Source of the DNA: Carcharhinus longimanus
Taxonomy: Eukaryota
NCBI GenBank assembly: GCA_030264375.1
Contig: JASCQW010000109.1
Coordinates: 15,133,700 to 15,197,699 of the forward strand
DNA: 64,000 nt
Direction of reading: 5' to 3'
Shown: piece by piece, positions 13,871-26,379 of the stretch
Layout: every line of letters begins with the position of its first letter
How positions within the stretch are numbered: position 1 is the first letter of the stretch
Position numbers and translations under genes: made by a program
Notes under the pieces: model-generated
The model's input: only the letters and a program-made list of their open reading frames with translations
Told to the model about the DNA's origin: nothing
Databases searched by the model: none

Positions 13871-14293
13871 GGTTCCCCCGTTCCCCGCACTACCTTTTCG
13901 AGGAGACTTGTTGCATCTTCTGCCAATGCTGGCATTCGCTTACCGCTCCTATGTACACAGCAGCATCCCCGCACTGGCAGTGCCCGCTGCTGCTATCACG
14001 CCACTCAAGGTCTAGGGCCATCTGTGGATCCCAGGCCACAGGTGAGTGATGGTGGGAAGTGGGGAAGGATGGAGTGTGTGTCTTGGAGGTTGGGGCATGG
14101 GGAAGGGTTGGCAGCAAGGGCAGGAAGTGTGTCGTTCTGCACAGTGTAAAATGTAATGAAGAATTGTAAAATACCTCTGCCTGGGAGGACTTCCTCCCAC
14201 TGGGGTGGTTCCCCACGCTGTTTGGTCACCCAGACCAGGAGCTCTTACTTTGCTATGTTGCCCTTAAAAGCACAATTTAAAAAAAAAATGAAT

Positions 14294-14586
14294 TCATTTA
14301 TTAGGCATAAGTAGGCTTACATTAACACTGCAATGAAGGTACAGTGAAATTCCCCAGTCATCACATTCTGCCTCCTGTTTGGGTACACTGAGGGAGAATT
14401 TAGCATGGCCAACGCACCTAACCAGCATGTCTTTTGGACTCTGGAAGGGAACCGGAACACCCGGAGGAAAACCACGCAGACACGGGGAGAATGTGCAGAC
14501 TTCACACAGACAGTCAACCAAGCCAGGAATTGAACCTGGGCTCCTGGCGCTGTGAGGCAGCAGTGCTAACCACTGTGCCACCGTGC
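14294..14586 (-). mobile_element. V-SINE, alternative-tail subfamily
   Basis: HE1 head and V-domain with a different tail (ctcagtgtaccc..cattgcagtgttaatgtaagcctac..aataaat). The same tail occurs at 11470-11560, 31020-31312, 54920-55220 and 60100-60390. Confidence 0.85.
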
Positions 14587-15053
14587 CCACCCCGTAATAT
14601 TTTCTTCAAGTCTCTAATGGCCTACCCAAGTCCTCAGACTGATGCTTTGTTGAGAAGGAGTGCAGTGTGAACAGGTGGTATGATAGTGCACTAAGATTTA
14701 GATAGAAGCTGAAGTATCAATATGAACAAAGCTGTAAAAAAAGATCAAAACTACATTGAACTTTTTTGTATAATGGGAAAGTTGCTATCTCACAAATATA
14801 GAATTAACTTTTCTGGGGTAGTGATGTTCAGCAGCAATTATGAAGTTAGTATACTGTTAAATTCCCAATTGCAGCTCATTCAATGCGATGGACCTTTTTC
14901 CAAGATTATTTCAAAGCATTGCACATGCGAACAGTGCTAAAGTGGAAGTTTAATCAATTTGTTATTACGTTGCTGTTTACTGGGGTTTTCTGTGTGCAAT
15001 CTGACTGTCACTATTCCCTACATTGTAACAGTGACTACAGCTCAGAACTACTT

Positions 15054-15392
15054 CATAGAATCACAGAATCCCTACAGTGCAGAAGGAGGCCATATGGCCC
15101 ATCAAACCTGCACCAACAACAATCCCACCCAGATCTTATCCCCATAACGTATTTACCCTGCTGGTCCCTCTGACACTAAGGGGCAATTTAGCATGGCAAG
15201 TCAACCTAACCCGCGTATCTTTGGCATGTGAGAGGAAACTGGAGCACCCAGAGGAAACACGCACAAATACGGGGAGAATGTGCAAACTTGGCACAGACAG
15301 TGACCCAAGGCTGGAATTGAACCTGGGTCCTTGGCACTGTGAGGCAGCAATGCTAACCACTATGCCACCGTGCTACCCCGTGCCACCGTGCC
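15054..15392 (-). mobile_element. HE1/V-SINE
   Basis: Reverse complement of the consensus, with a tandemly repeated 5' end (gtgccaccgtgc). Confidence 0.85.
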
Positions 15393-15899
15393 ACCCTTCA
15401 TCAGTTGTGAAGCACTTTGAGACATCCAATGGTCATGAAAGGTGTTTTATAAACGTAAGCCCTTCATTCTTTCATTGCAGCTTGTTGAATTAGATCAAAT
15501 AAAAGGAAAATACTACAGATGCTGGAAATCTGAAACAAAAACAGAAAATGCTGGATCAACTCAGCAGGCTGGCAGCATCTGTGGAAAGAGAAAGAAAGTT
15601 AATGTTTCAAGTCAGTATAATTCTTCTACAGAGCAGTGATAGCAATTCAAAAGTACTGAACACATGAAATAATTGGAAGTTCCTACATGACAAATATTCC
15701 TTTGCCCTTGTCCCCCAATTCTCTAACTCACTACTTGACTGTAACGTGGAAATGTAAAACCCATTATGAAAATGTAAGTTATTTCTTTCTTTACAATATT
15801 TATGATAACCTGGTCAGTTTTAAGCAGATTCCAATGGAAGTATGGTATTTGCACCAAATTTTCTGAGGTGAGTACGGACTCATATAGGCACACCAAATG

Positions 15900-16310
15900 A
15901 AGGGAGGAGAAAACTCGTAAAGCAATATTTAAAGGGATGGGAGCAATTAAGGGGAAATGACACATTCCAGAGACAAAAACAAATGCCCCAAAAGACTTCG
16001 GAGAGCATCAAAAAGGTATCCTCGTCCATTGTATTCTTCACCATCCTTGGTACAGAGATGCAGGAAATATGAAGTAAAGAATATCTAAGTTGTAGACGTG
16101 AATCTACCAGTAAGAGATGGAGCAACTCATCACTGACATTCTCTGTTTGGAGATGAAGTTCAGGTTGTGCTGGATAAGCTGGTTGGAGGAGGGTAATTGC
16201 AGCATTGCATGGCACAATCCCTAGAGTTCATTGTTGCAAAATGTCTGAAGAGAAACGGAGCCAAACTTTAGGCTGCTGCTGACCATTAGTGTACTTATGC
16301 TGTCTGTTAG
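15900..16310 (+). mobile_element. Decayed Gypsy RT N-terminal fragment
   Basis: DEVQVVLDKLVGGG..FIVAKCLKRNGAKL*AAADH resembles ExxxELDRLxxxGII..PIVVVxKxNGKLRxCxDY. Confidence 0.35.
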
Positions 16311-16329
16311 TTGCTGAAATTCTTGCATA

Positions 16330-17480
16330 GGACCATAAAAAAATAGAACCAGGAATAGATCATTTGGTTCTTGGGTCTGCTCCATCATTCAATAAGATCA
16401 GGGTTGTTCTGATTGTGGCTTTAATTTCACTTTCCTCTCTGACCCCAAAAACCTTGGGGGAGATCTTACCAGCTCATCTCGCCAGTCTATTGGTGTGATG
16501 AGCTGGTAAGGTCACGTGAGAGGCAAAAAAAATAGCTTTGCAATGGTACCTGCTGCATTTTGCCACTGTAATCAGCCTCAGGAAGTGTGTGAGGCAAATT
16601 TAAATAATTATTTCATTTTACTTCATTTATTATTATGAGTCCAATACATAATTGTCCGAGATCACTTGCTTTAATGACCTCGCTGATTATTAAATATGGT
16701 CCCAAGCAACAGGCTCCTGACGTGATGACTTTGCCAGTGGAACTGGAAGCCAATGAAGGCCCCCAGTGTTCGGGGGCAAGTCCTGGGATGCTGGTAGTGC
16801 CAACTTGGTAATCAGGGATGGGAGGGGCGATGACCAGGTGAATGGGGGAGTGAAAGATGTCCCAGTGCACTATGTATATTTGTACACAGTGCACTGGAAG
16901 ATCAGGTAGAACCCCTACAGCTCAGCAGACGACTTCCCAGCATGAATAGTCTCTGTCTACTCCCGCTACTGGCAAGAATCACATTTTGCCTCATTTTCGT
17001 TCTAAGTGCCATANNNNNNNNNNCCATATGATTGCGCCTCAGAGTTCACCCAAAAGATGGACATGATTCTCTCCCGTTTTCACACTTGTTCAGAACTTAA
17101 GAATTTCTTTGTGGTAAGATCACCCTTTCCCTTGACTCACTTGTCGATCAAAAATCTGTCTAACTCAGCCAAGAACATATTCAATGATCCACCCTCCATT
17201 GCTCTCTGGGAGAGATAATTCCAAAGATTCTCTTCTGAGAGAAGAGATTCCACCTCATACACATAATTCATAAGAAGCACCTTATTTTACAACAGTAGTT
17301 CTTATTTACCTGCAAGAGGAAACATCCTTGAATATCTACCCTGTCAATCTTATGTTTCAATAACATTACCTCTCATTCTTCTAAACTTGAATGACATTAG
17401 ACCCAAACTACTCGAACATGTCTCATAAGACAATCCGTTCATCCAAGCAATTAACCTAATGAACCTTCTCTGAACTGCTT
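16330..17480 (-). mobile_element. CR1 LINE 3' end split by a MITE insertion (16456-17125)
   Basis: CR1 3'UTR at 16330-16455 resumes at 17126. The minus strand reads EEAVQRRFIRLIAWMNGLSYE..FRRMRGNVIET. Confidence 0.75.
16456..17125. mobile_element. Non-autonomous Harbinger-type DNA element
   Basis: Terminal inverted repeats GGGGAGATCTTACC (16456) and GGTAAGATCACCC (ends 17125), inserted within a CR1 fragment. Confidence 0.6.
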
Positions 17481-17880
17481 CTTCTGAAAGTATAGCCAAC
17501 AAGATCTTCCTCCCTATTGAACTGGAGCCTGAGAAGGACTGTTCTCTGTAGTTCCCATCAGCAGATGTGCCAGGGCCTGTAGAAATTGTGGACAGCTTGA
17601 CAGGTGTGCCCATTTGGGCCCATGGGGTAGAAATTCTTCCTGGGCGGTAGCATAAAACCAACAGTATTACATCAGTCATTCAGTATATGTAACACTCAAT
17701 ATTCAATTTCATTGCAGTCAACAAAATTCAGTACCAATTGGGGAATGTAACCAGTGGCCAATTTGGCACTACTCAATAAGCACTGCTGCAAAGACTTTCT
17801 ATCTCACACTCTGTCTTGCTCACACTGGCATTCCTCGTCTTGCAATCTGTACTGGAATTTAATCTCCACATGAATTTCCT

Positions 17881-18981
17881 TGTCTGTCCACTGCAACTTA
17901 ATGTTTTTCCAAGGGATTTTCATGGGTCTTCCATTGAAGTTATGGTGGATGATTAGGAAAACCTGATTTAATCCCATTACATTTGCGTACTCCTAATGAA
18001 ACATCAGGTAGAAGAGTTAGTCGCACAGCTTAGTGGTGCTAATGTGTCTATGCCTTCAAGTACAGTCACTTCCACTTAAATAAATCATCTTCAGATGCAT
18101 GTGTGTTGATACTGGTTAGGCACAGAACAGTATTTGTGCACTCTGATATGCTTGGCACCCGTCCATTTGTCCTCTCTCTTCTTCCAAGCGTCATATAATC
18201 AGGCTGGGATTGGGCCAGAGTCAAGGCCCAAAGATGAAATCATATTGCAATGGCTCATAAGAACCATAGTGCCAGCAGAGGGAAACACACAAAACAAGAA
18301 CAAACAGAAGTAGTTAAGAAATCAGGAGATGAAACTTCTCAGCTGGTAGCATTTCAACTTTCAGTCAGAAAGTTGTGGGTTCAAGCCCAGCACATAGCCT
18401 AGACTGACACTTGAGTGCAGTAGAGGGAGTGTGACCTTGTCCAGGATGCCACCTTTCAAATGAATCATTGAACTAAAACCCCAAGCGGCATCATTCGTGC
18501 AGATGCAGAAGATTCAATGGCATTTTTCTGAAGTGAAACAGATTGGTTCTCCCCACTGACCAACTTCACTCCCTTAACCAACACCTTCAAAACAGATTAA
18601 CTTTTCATTCATCTCATTGCCCCTGGTGGGAACTTGTTGTATAGGAATTTGTTGCTGCAGTTGTAACCTGAAAATGGACACAACATGCTGGAGCTGTAGC
18701 AGAACAGAACTCACCGTTCTGTGCCCAACAATCAGTACCAACATACATGCATCTGAAGATGATTTGTTTCAGTGGAAATGACTGTATTTGAAGGAAGTAG
18801 GCACAGACACATTGGCACCACTAAGCTGTGTGACTAATTCTTCTATCTGATGTTTCCTCAGGAGTACGCCAAACGTAATGGGATTAAATCAAGTTTTTCT
18901 AATCATCCACCATAACTTCAATGGAAGACCCATGAAAATCCCTTCAGAAAACATCAAGAACCAAGTTGCAGCGGACAGATA
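17881..18981. repeat. Long imperfect inverted repeat (arms 17881-18131 and 18713-18981)
   Basis: For example, gggattttcatgggtcttccattgaagttatggtggatgattag in the left arm is the exact reverse complement of ctaatcatccaccataacttcaatggaagacccatgaaaatccc in the right arm. The arms are collinear throughout with small indels. Confidence 0.9.
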
Positions 18982-19844
18982 ATGACCAAGCGTGTCATTT
19001 TCCAATACCACTATTTCCTTTGTTTATTCTTTCATGGGATGTGCGTGTCACTGGCAAGACCAGCAGTTGTTGCCCAACCCTGATTTCCTTTTATCTGATT
19101 GGCTTGCGAGGCCATTTCAGACAGTTAAGAGTCAGCCATGTTAAATCTGAAGTCACATATAAGCCAAACCAAGTAAGATTTCCTTCCCTTAAAGACATAT
19201 AACCCAGCTGGTTGTTTTTTTTTCCAACAATCAATGATCACTCAGAAGGCTAGCTTTCCATTCCAAATTTATTAATTTCATTTAAATTCCACCAGCTGCC
19301 ATGCAGGAGATTTGAGCCCATGTCCCAAGAAAATTAGCCTCTGGATTATTCACCCAATGACTTTACCACTTCACTACCATCTCCCCTAATTTTCATAGCA
19401 GTGTTAGAAAGTTGGACCGAGTGAGTGACTGATCCAATCTCCCAGAAAGGGTTGCTATCCTTTTTGGCCTATGAATAAGTACTTCAGGGCAGAATTTCAG
19501 GGGGTCTCTGAAAGGCCGCCTCCTAACATCAATAGCAGATTCTTGGATTTCCATGGATCCTCCACCACAGTTAGAGCAGATAATCAATCAGGAGAAGCCA
19601 ACACGAAAATGAATGCTAACTGGTTTCATTGGTTGGTTGATTCTCTCTCCTAACTTCCTTGACTTGATTTGAACTCGGATGAGTATTTGGGGCATTGCTC
19701 CCACCAAAACTGTCCAAGAGGACACTAAATGGATGGCGGTACATTATCTCTGGAACACAATTCTCCAATTAGCAATATTGTGAGTCTCCTTTAATGGCAA
19801 AAGCTGGTGAGCATGTGGTTGTAGTAAAACAATGGTAATAACAA

Positions 19845-19940
19845 CATAGACATATATACTATATAAATATAGACACATATAAGCACACATATAAGTATAT
19901 GTACATAAATATATACATACACATATAAGTACCTAAGTAT
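19845..19940. repeat. Degenerate (AT/AC)n microsatellite
   Basis: acatagacatatatact..acatatatacatacacatat. Confidence 0.7.
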
Positions 19941-20310
19941 GAGAGATGATCTTAATGGCACATGTAAGATCCTAAGGGGAACTGATCAGGCTGGAAGCTG
20001 AAAGGATGTTTTTCCCCTATGGGAAAGAATCAAGTAGGGGACACCTTTTAAAAATAGGGTTCCAATTTAAGATGAAGATGAGGAGATTTTTTACTCTCAG
20101 AGGGTCATGAGTTTTTAGAACTCTCTTCCCAAAGAATGGTAGAGGCAGGGTCATTGAGTATTTTTAAGGCAGAGATAGATTCTTGATCACAAAGGAGCCA
20201 AGGGTAATTGAGAGCTTGGAGTTGGGGCTCAATCAGATCAGCCGTGATCCTGTTGAATGGCAGAGCAAGGTCAAGGTTCAAATGGCCAATTCTGGCTCCC
20301 AATTTGTATG
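19940..20310 (+). mobile_element. CR1 LINE 3' end
   Basis: Typical CR1 terminal sequence (..ttttactctcagagggtcatgag..gaatggcagagcaagg..ctggctcc..gtatg). Confidence 0.75.
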
Positions 20311-21318
20311 CTTGGATATATACATACAGACATATGCACATATATAGTCACACGATGACAAAAGAATAGCCAAAGAGGTAGATTTTCAGAAGGAGGAAAA
20401 TGAGGTAGTGAGGCAGAGAGGTGTTGGGAGAAAATTCCAGAGCTTGTGCTCAGGCAGCTGAAGGCAGTGATTGAAACTGGAGATGCTCAAAAGGTCAGAA
20501 TTAGAATAAAGAGCTGACAGAGGAAAATAAAACCTGCATTGGTTTTGTTCCATCAGAAAATGTGATTAATCTAAAATAAACTGCACTTTTTTTTAAACTA
20601 GAGGAAAGGTCATGCTCTTTTTGTAAATTCCATGCTGGAACTCATCCAAAGTGTTCAAAGGAATATTTCTCCTGAGCTGCATCAAACAAGCACTGCATTG
20701 TGTCCTTTATACACAAAGCTTTGCACTGACTTAGGAATAAATGTGCATCACTGTTTCTACAATTAGCACCAAACTATGGCTACCACTGCTTAAATGAACT
20801 AAACTAGTGAGAGCATGATAGCAGCGGGGAAGGTACTTCAAGAATATTAATTTTCCTGCCTGCCTCCAATCCTGCTGACCCTGACAAAGGCTACCCTTGG
20901 CTCCATTAACAAAACCCTTTCTAACTTCCTATTGGCTCTTCTTTGGTCATTCACTTCGCTTCTTATGACTGTTCACAGTTTCCATGTTTTGGGTTTAAAC
21001 ATTTATTTTCCCATCAAGGCATACCAGTGAACAATTAAGTACTGCATCTTATAAGCCATGGTTGTTGCAGTTCTTCTGAACTTGTCTTCGTCCTCCAGAT
21101 AGATAAAAGAGGAATCTTCCAGATTTCCAGCCCCATTTCTTTGCCCCACAATTGGCTTTGGTATTTATCTAATTTTTCACCTCTTCCAAGATACAACATG
21201 GCAACAAAGGAGGGAAGAGTTCTTTGATGTGGTGCAAATAACATCACAAAGGTACTGGGCAGGCAGGAGAGAACAGCTTGACTTTCCAATGCAACACTGC
21301 TGCTTCTTTGTACATTAA

Positions 21319-21426
21319 GGACAGAATTATCCCATCCCGCTTGCCACGGGAACCATGGAAAGATCATGTTGACCTCGGGCGGGATTTTTCCGGCCTTGCA
21401 GTGAGTGCAGGTGGAAAATCCCGCCC
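21319..21426. mobile_element. Short Harbinger-type MITE with TAA target-site duplication
   Basis: TAA|GGACAGAATT...AAAATCCCGCCC|TAA, with an internal hairpin GGGCGGGATTTT/AAAATCCCGCCC (21377-21426). Relatives at ~6930-7055, 34211-34330 and 61687-61812. Confidence 0.65.
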
Positions 21427-22115
21427 TAAGTCTCCCCTTGATAAAACTGTAACACCGGCAACCCCAAGAAAAATGTTCATTTATATAAAACCTTTAATGT
21501 AAGAGATATGCCAAAGTATTTCAGGCAGAGGAGCAGAGGCACAGAAACTACCAGTGGTGGAGTGGCATTGTCATTGGACTAGCCCAAGGGTAACGCTCCG
21601 GAGACCTGGATTCGACTCCCACCATTGCTCATGGTGAAATTTGAATTCAGTAAAATTCTGGAATTAAAAGTCCAATGATGACCATGAAACCATTTTGTCA
21701 TAACTAATATCCTGGTCTGGCACAGATCCGAATGCAGGACAATGTAGTTGCCTCTAAAAAAGTCAAACAAGCCACTCAGTTCAAGGACAATTAGGGATGG
21801 GCAACAAATGTTGATCCATCCAGCAATGCTCAATGAAAAAGTGCTGCCCGATGGACGGCTAGAAGAGATAAAGTTTTTGGAGCATCAAAAGTTGCAGGAG
21901 ATATGGGATAACATTGGAGGATTGTTCTCCGGAGCATTGAACCTGGTGGCTGTGAATGATTTGAATTGAAAACCGCTTTTTTCCTGTACTTCCGGTTCTC
22001 GGGGCTTGTTAGAGTNNNNNNNNNNNNNNNNNNNNNNNNNNNNNNNNNNNNNNNNNNNNNNNNNNNNNNNNNNNNNNNNNNNNNNNNNNNNNNNNNNNNN
22101 NNNNNNNNNNNNNNN

Positions 22116-22190
22116 GCTTCAGTTGTACAGAACGTTGGTTAGACCGCATTTGGAGTACTGCGTCCAGTTCTGGTCACCTTACTACCGGAA
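22116..22190 (+). mobile_element. CR1 LINE RT fragment at gap edge
   Basis: LQLYRTLVRPHLEYCVQFWSPYYRK. Confidence 0.8.
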
Positions 22191-23068
22191 GGTGATTTCA
22201 TATGATGATTTCATGTGTTTTGGGCAGGAACCAACACAGGTTGGTGAGGACAAAGGTAATAGGCATCTGCAAGATCGGACGCAGACTAATGATTTTTTTG
22301 CAAACTGAAAGGTAGAAAGTGAATAGCCAGCATGGAAGATGTTGAAGAAATCAAATTTAGAGGTAACAAAAGCATGGATAATGATTTCAACAGTGGTGGA
22401 GTGTAATGGGGCAGAGATATACAGTGCTGCAGAAGTTAAAAAAATGGATTTGGATGTGGAATAACTCAAGAAACCCAACTGGAAAGGAACCTAGTTTATT
22501 TACAGAATGCAAAGTGGAGCTACCACCATGGCGTACACACACTAGTCCCTGCCATTCTGAGGAACAAAGTAAAAGGGGAAGTCCCTTAAAGAGAATTTAA
22601 TGTACTTAACACCCAATCTACAAAATTAATAAAAACATCTCAACTCTCTTTCACAAATGCATTTGAGAGTTCAAACATACACATACATACTCATATATAA
22701 ATAAGTTACAAAGCAGAAGAGTAAATTAAATTGTTTGAGGGTCCAGAAACATTAGTTTTAATCAGCTCTAATGGATTGATGCCTTGAATGGTTTCAGACT
22801 GGGCTTACTGATCTTTCAGCATTCCATGTTGAGATTACTTAAGATGTTGACAGATGATTTCTGTCTTTTCCTATAGAATTGGAGCTGCTGGTTGATTCTT
22901 TATGTGCTGCCTTCAGCTGGTCAGAAAACAAGAAGGGTACAAATCTACAAGATGAATATAGAGAGAGGGTGCCCATTCAGGATTTCTGTTCTTCACTGGC
23001 CCAAAGAAAGACAGTTTCTTAAAACACAATGGAGATTAGTTTGCTCATCACTTAATATCCTCTTACAA

Positions 23069-23420
23069 GGGGCGGCACGGTAGCACAGCGGTTCGCACTG
23101 CTGTTTCACAGCTCCAGGGAGCTAGGTTTGATTCCCGGCTCAGGTCACTGTCTGTGTGGAGTTTGCATATTCTCCTCGTGTCTGCGTGGGTTTCCTCTGA
23201 GTACTCCGATTTCCCCCCACAGTCCAAAGATGTGCGGGTTAGGTTGATTGGCCATGCTAAAATAAATTGCCCCTTACTGTCCTGAGATGCGTAGGTTAAA
23301 GGGATTAGTGGGTAAAATATGTAGGGATATAGGGGTAGGGCCTGGGTGGGATTGTGTTCAGTGCAAACCCGATGGGCTGAAGGGCCTCTTTCTGCACTGT
23401 CGGGTTCTATGATCTATGAT
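23069..23420 (+). mobile_element. HE1/V-SINE, near full length
   Basis: tRNA-like head (ggcggcacggtagcacagcggttcgcactg..ggtttgattcccgg), V-domain (ctgtgtggagtttgcatattctcctcgtgtctgcgtgggtttcctc), CR1-like tail and (TCTATGA)n end. Confidence 0.9.
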
Positions 23421-24509
23421 TTGACAATCTGACCAGTTAGCCAAACATGGTCAGAGCAAATGGATTTCAGGTCCATTGTTCAGGCATGATTAGATTATGG
23501 CTGATGGAGTTCCCTTCTCAGCCAAGGACCATTACCCAAAGTGAGTACATCTAATAGCTTAGTCAACACCAAGCTGAATACACAAGTTATGTCTGGATGT
23601 TTTATTAATGGGTAAGGAGATGGACCACTCGTGCACACATAAGTTGATCATCTGTAGTGGGTTACTTCTAGACAACCTGACTCTATTCTAATGGCTTTGG
23701 CATTTGTAGGGTACAGCTGTGCAAATGTTCAGCCATTTTAGAAGCTGCTGTTTTAAATCATTTAAAATGCTATCATTTGGTCTTTTTATTTATCCAGTGC
23801 TTTGAGCCCACTCATTAAATTATGTAATTTTAAACATGAAAAGACTGAAATAAGTGTAGCTTAGCAAATCAAAACCAGAGAAGTTACAACAAATCCATAC
23901 ACAATGAATTGGAAATTTGTAAGTGAATTTGCGGAAGTGTTGAGGGAAGAGAATTTTCCAAAGGCATATGCTGAAGGCAGTAAGGTTGGGAGTTGGGCTC
24001 AGAATCACAAATTTAAAAAAGCCTGGTTAAAAATGACATTCTCATCCATCACTGGATGCAGCTGGACCATATGTTTCTCTTCACAGGTACTTCTTCAAGT
24101 GGTCCAGCTAGCCTATTCTGCAAGATTAATCTTGGAATAAAGACATTGCCCAATGATGACAGCATATTCTAACTCTATCCTCCAATGCCTTTGTCCTTGC
24201 GGAATACAGGCCTATCATATAGTCGATATTAGGTTCATTTCCTCCATGAAATCTGCAGTGACTACCAGTCCTCGGCCCAATATTCCTAAATGTTTTCAAT
24301 GGTTTCATTCCTTTCAATATAAGTCCATGAAAATCATACTGTTATTTTGAACTACCTTCATCTTTCCAATCTACATATGACTCTCCTCAATCTTCCCAAA
24401 GTATGAAGACTGCTGTGGTCAAATTGACCAGGAATATTCTTGGATCATTATTCTTCCTCCACCTGTTGGTACCATTTTCTCTATTAAGGTCATTCCATCC
24501 ATGGTGTTA

Positions 24510-24905
24510 ATGGTGGCTCAATGGATAAGATTCCCTTCTCTGAATTGGAAGCCCCACAAAAGATACTTGAGCACAAAGCTCCAGGGTAGTACTGAAGAAG
24601 TGCGGCACTGTCAGATGTGGAATCTTTTAGATGAGATGCTCAACTGAGTTCTCCTCTGCTCTTACAGCTGAATGTAAAGAGATCCCATTCCAAAGAAGAG
24701 CAGATGAGTTATACCCAGTGTTCTGGCCAATATTTATCCCTCAAGCAACATCACGAGCCACAAATGATCTGATTATTATCACATTGTTGTTTATGGGATT
24801 TTTCCCACACTGCAACAGCGATTTCACTTCAAATGTACTTCATTGGCTGTAAAGTACTTTGGGAGGTCTGGAGGTCAGGAACGATGCTAGAAAAATATCT
24901 TTCTA
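24510..24905 (+). mobile_element. Deu-SINE (SacSINE1/AmnSINE1-like) relic
   Basis: Contains the Deu-domain-like ggccaatatttatccctcaagcaacatcac..atgatctgattattatcacattgttgtttatggga. More diverged relatives lie near 1800-2280(-), 18340-18670, 33860-34210, 35065-35430 and 61900-62260(-). Confidence 0.7.
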
Positions 24906-26379
24906 TTTCATGTATTTCATCAATGGCATCACATTCACCCATTTCTCATTCTCACTCATTCTTACAGCACAGTTATGGCAACATCTATTCCACCCATTCC
25001 ATGCTGTGTAGATGCCCCATAGTTTATTCTCTGTCCCTTGATTTCCTTATTGATACACTGTTCATCAGGGATTTGTCTGTAGGCAACAGATTGACTTCTG
25101 CTTGTACATTAACTCCCAGCTCTATTTCGAAGCCACCAACTATGAGTCTACAATTATCACTTTCACTGATCACTTGCTGAACAGCAAGTCCTGAAGGAGT
25201 CAAACTTCCTCTAGGTTAATAGCACAAAGAACAAAACTATTCCTTTCAACTGCCATAAAAAAATCTTCCCCAGCCCTGCTCTCCCTGAATATGATGGTTC
25301 ACAGGTATGAGTTCTGTTGAAGCTTAAGCTGAACTTCAAGCCCTATATCCTATCCATTATCAGCCTTACATCACCTCATCAGTTCCTTTATTACCTCCAG
25401 GCTCCATTCTACAACCATGTCCTCACTAGCCCCCTGCGTTTCAACTGACACAAACTCTGACTTCTGCAATAGCTTTCATTCCCCACCAGTACTGGTCTCC
25501 CAATACACTCAACTCCAAACCCTTCATTTACAATCTCACCATAGCCTTCCCTTTAACTCTATGATTTTTCTCCAGTTTCACATGCCAATCACATCATCTA
25601 CTCCTCCAGCCAGATCCTGATCTCTTTTGCATCTCTCTCCACCCTTTGGCTAACTCAAACCAACACCTCTTGCCTCTTTCCCCCATCTCTTTGGAAATTG
25701 GATTATTGGGAACAGGAATAGCCCATTCTGGCCATTCTGAACCTGCTCTACCATTCAGTGGCTAATCTTAATAGTTGACCTTCAAATTATCTCCTTTAAA
25801 CCTAGCTGCCTGACCACAACCTCAGAGTGCCTCCCCCTAATTCCCCTGCTATTTAACATCCATATTCATCTTCCTAAAACACATTGAAGCAGTTCCCATA
25901 TTGAAACTACATAAATTAAAGCTTTCATCACATAAAAAAGGTAGTAAAGTTGAAAAAAAAAATTTCCTTCTACGACAACCAGAAGGCATAGAGGCATCCA
26001 ATTTACTTTGCAGGGATGGGCGAGGCAAAATCCTCACTGGCCAGATCCATAAAACAAGACGGCTGATTCAACTTAGGAAGGATAATTTACCAATGAAAGA
26101 TTCTGAATCAGCCATTTCGCTGGCCTTATTCTGGCTTGCTGTGTAAACCACAAGCTGTCAGAATTGGTCACCAATACAGACTGCACCAACCAAAATAGAG
26201 TGGACCTGTTGATGAAAAAAATTGTAATTCTTCCTCAGCCTCCCCTTCACATCGGAAGTAGCAGTTGCCAGAATAAGAGGGTGCTACGCCAGAATGCTTC
26301 TAATAGACCTGAGAGAATCTGGAAACAATTTAAGTAATTCGCCATGGGAGAGTTTAATCATTGCTGAAAATGACTTGTA

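Noticed and set aside
14294-15493. Recurrent ORFs like MGTVAQWLALLPHSAR.. / MVSTAASQCQGPRF.. appearing many times
   Set aside because: Translations of HE1/V-SINE copies, not a gene family.
19471-19653. DFHGSS peptide also readable in the arms of the 17.9-19.0 kb inverted repeat, hinting at a shared pseudo-exon
   Set aside because: Similarity covers only ~27 nt and the arm frame has several stops; insufficient.
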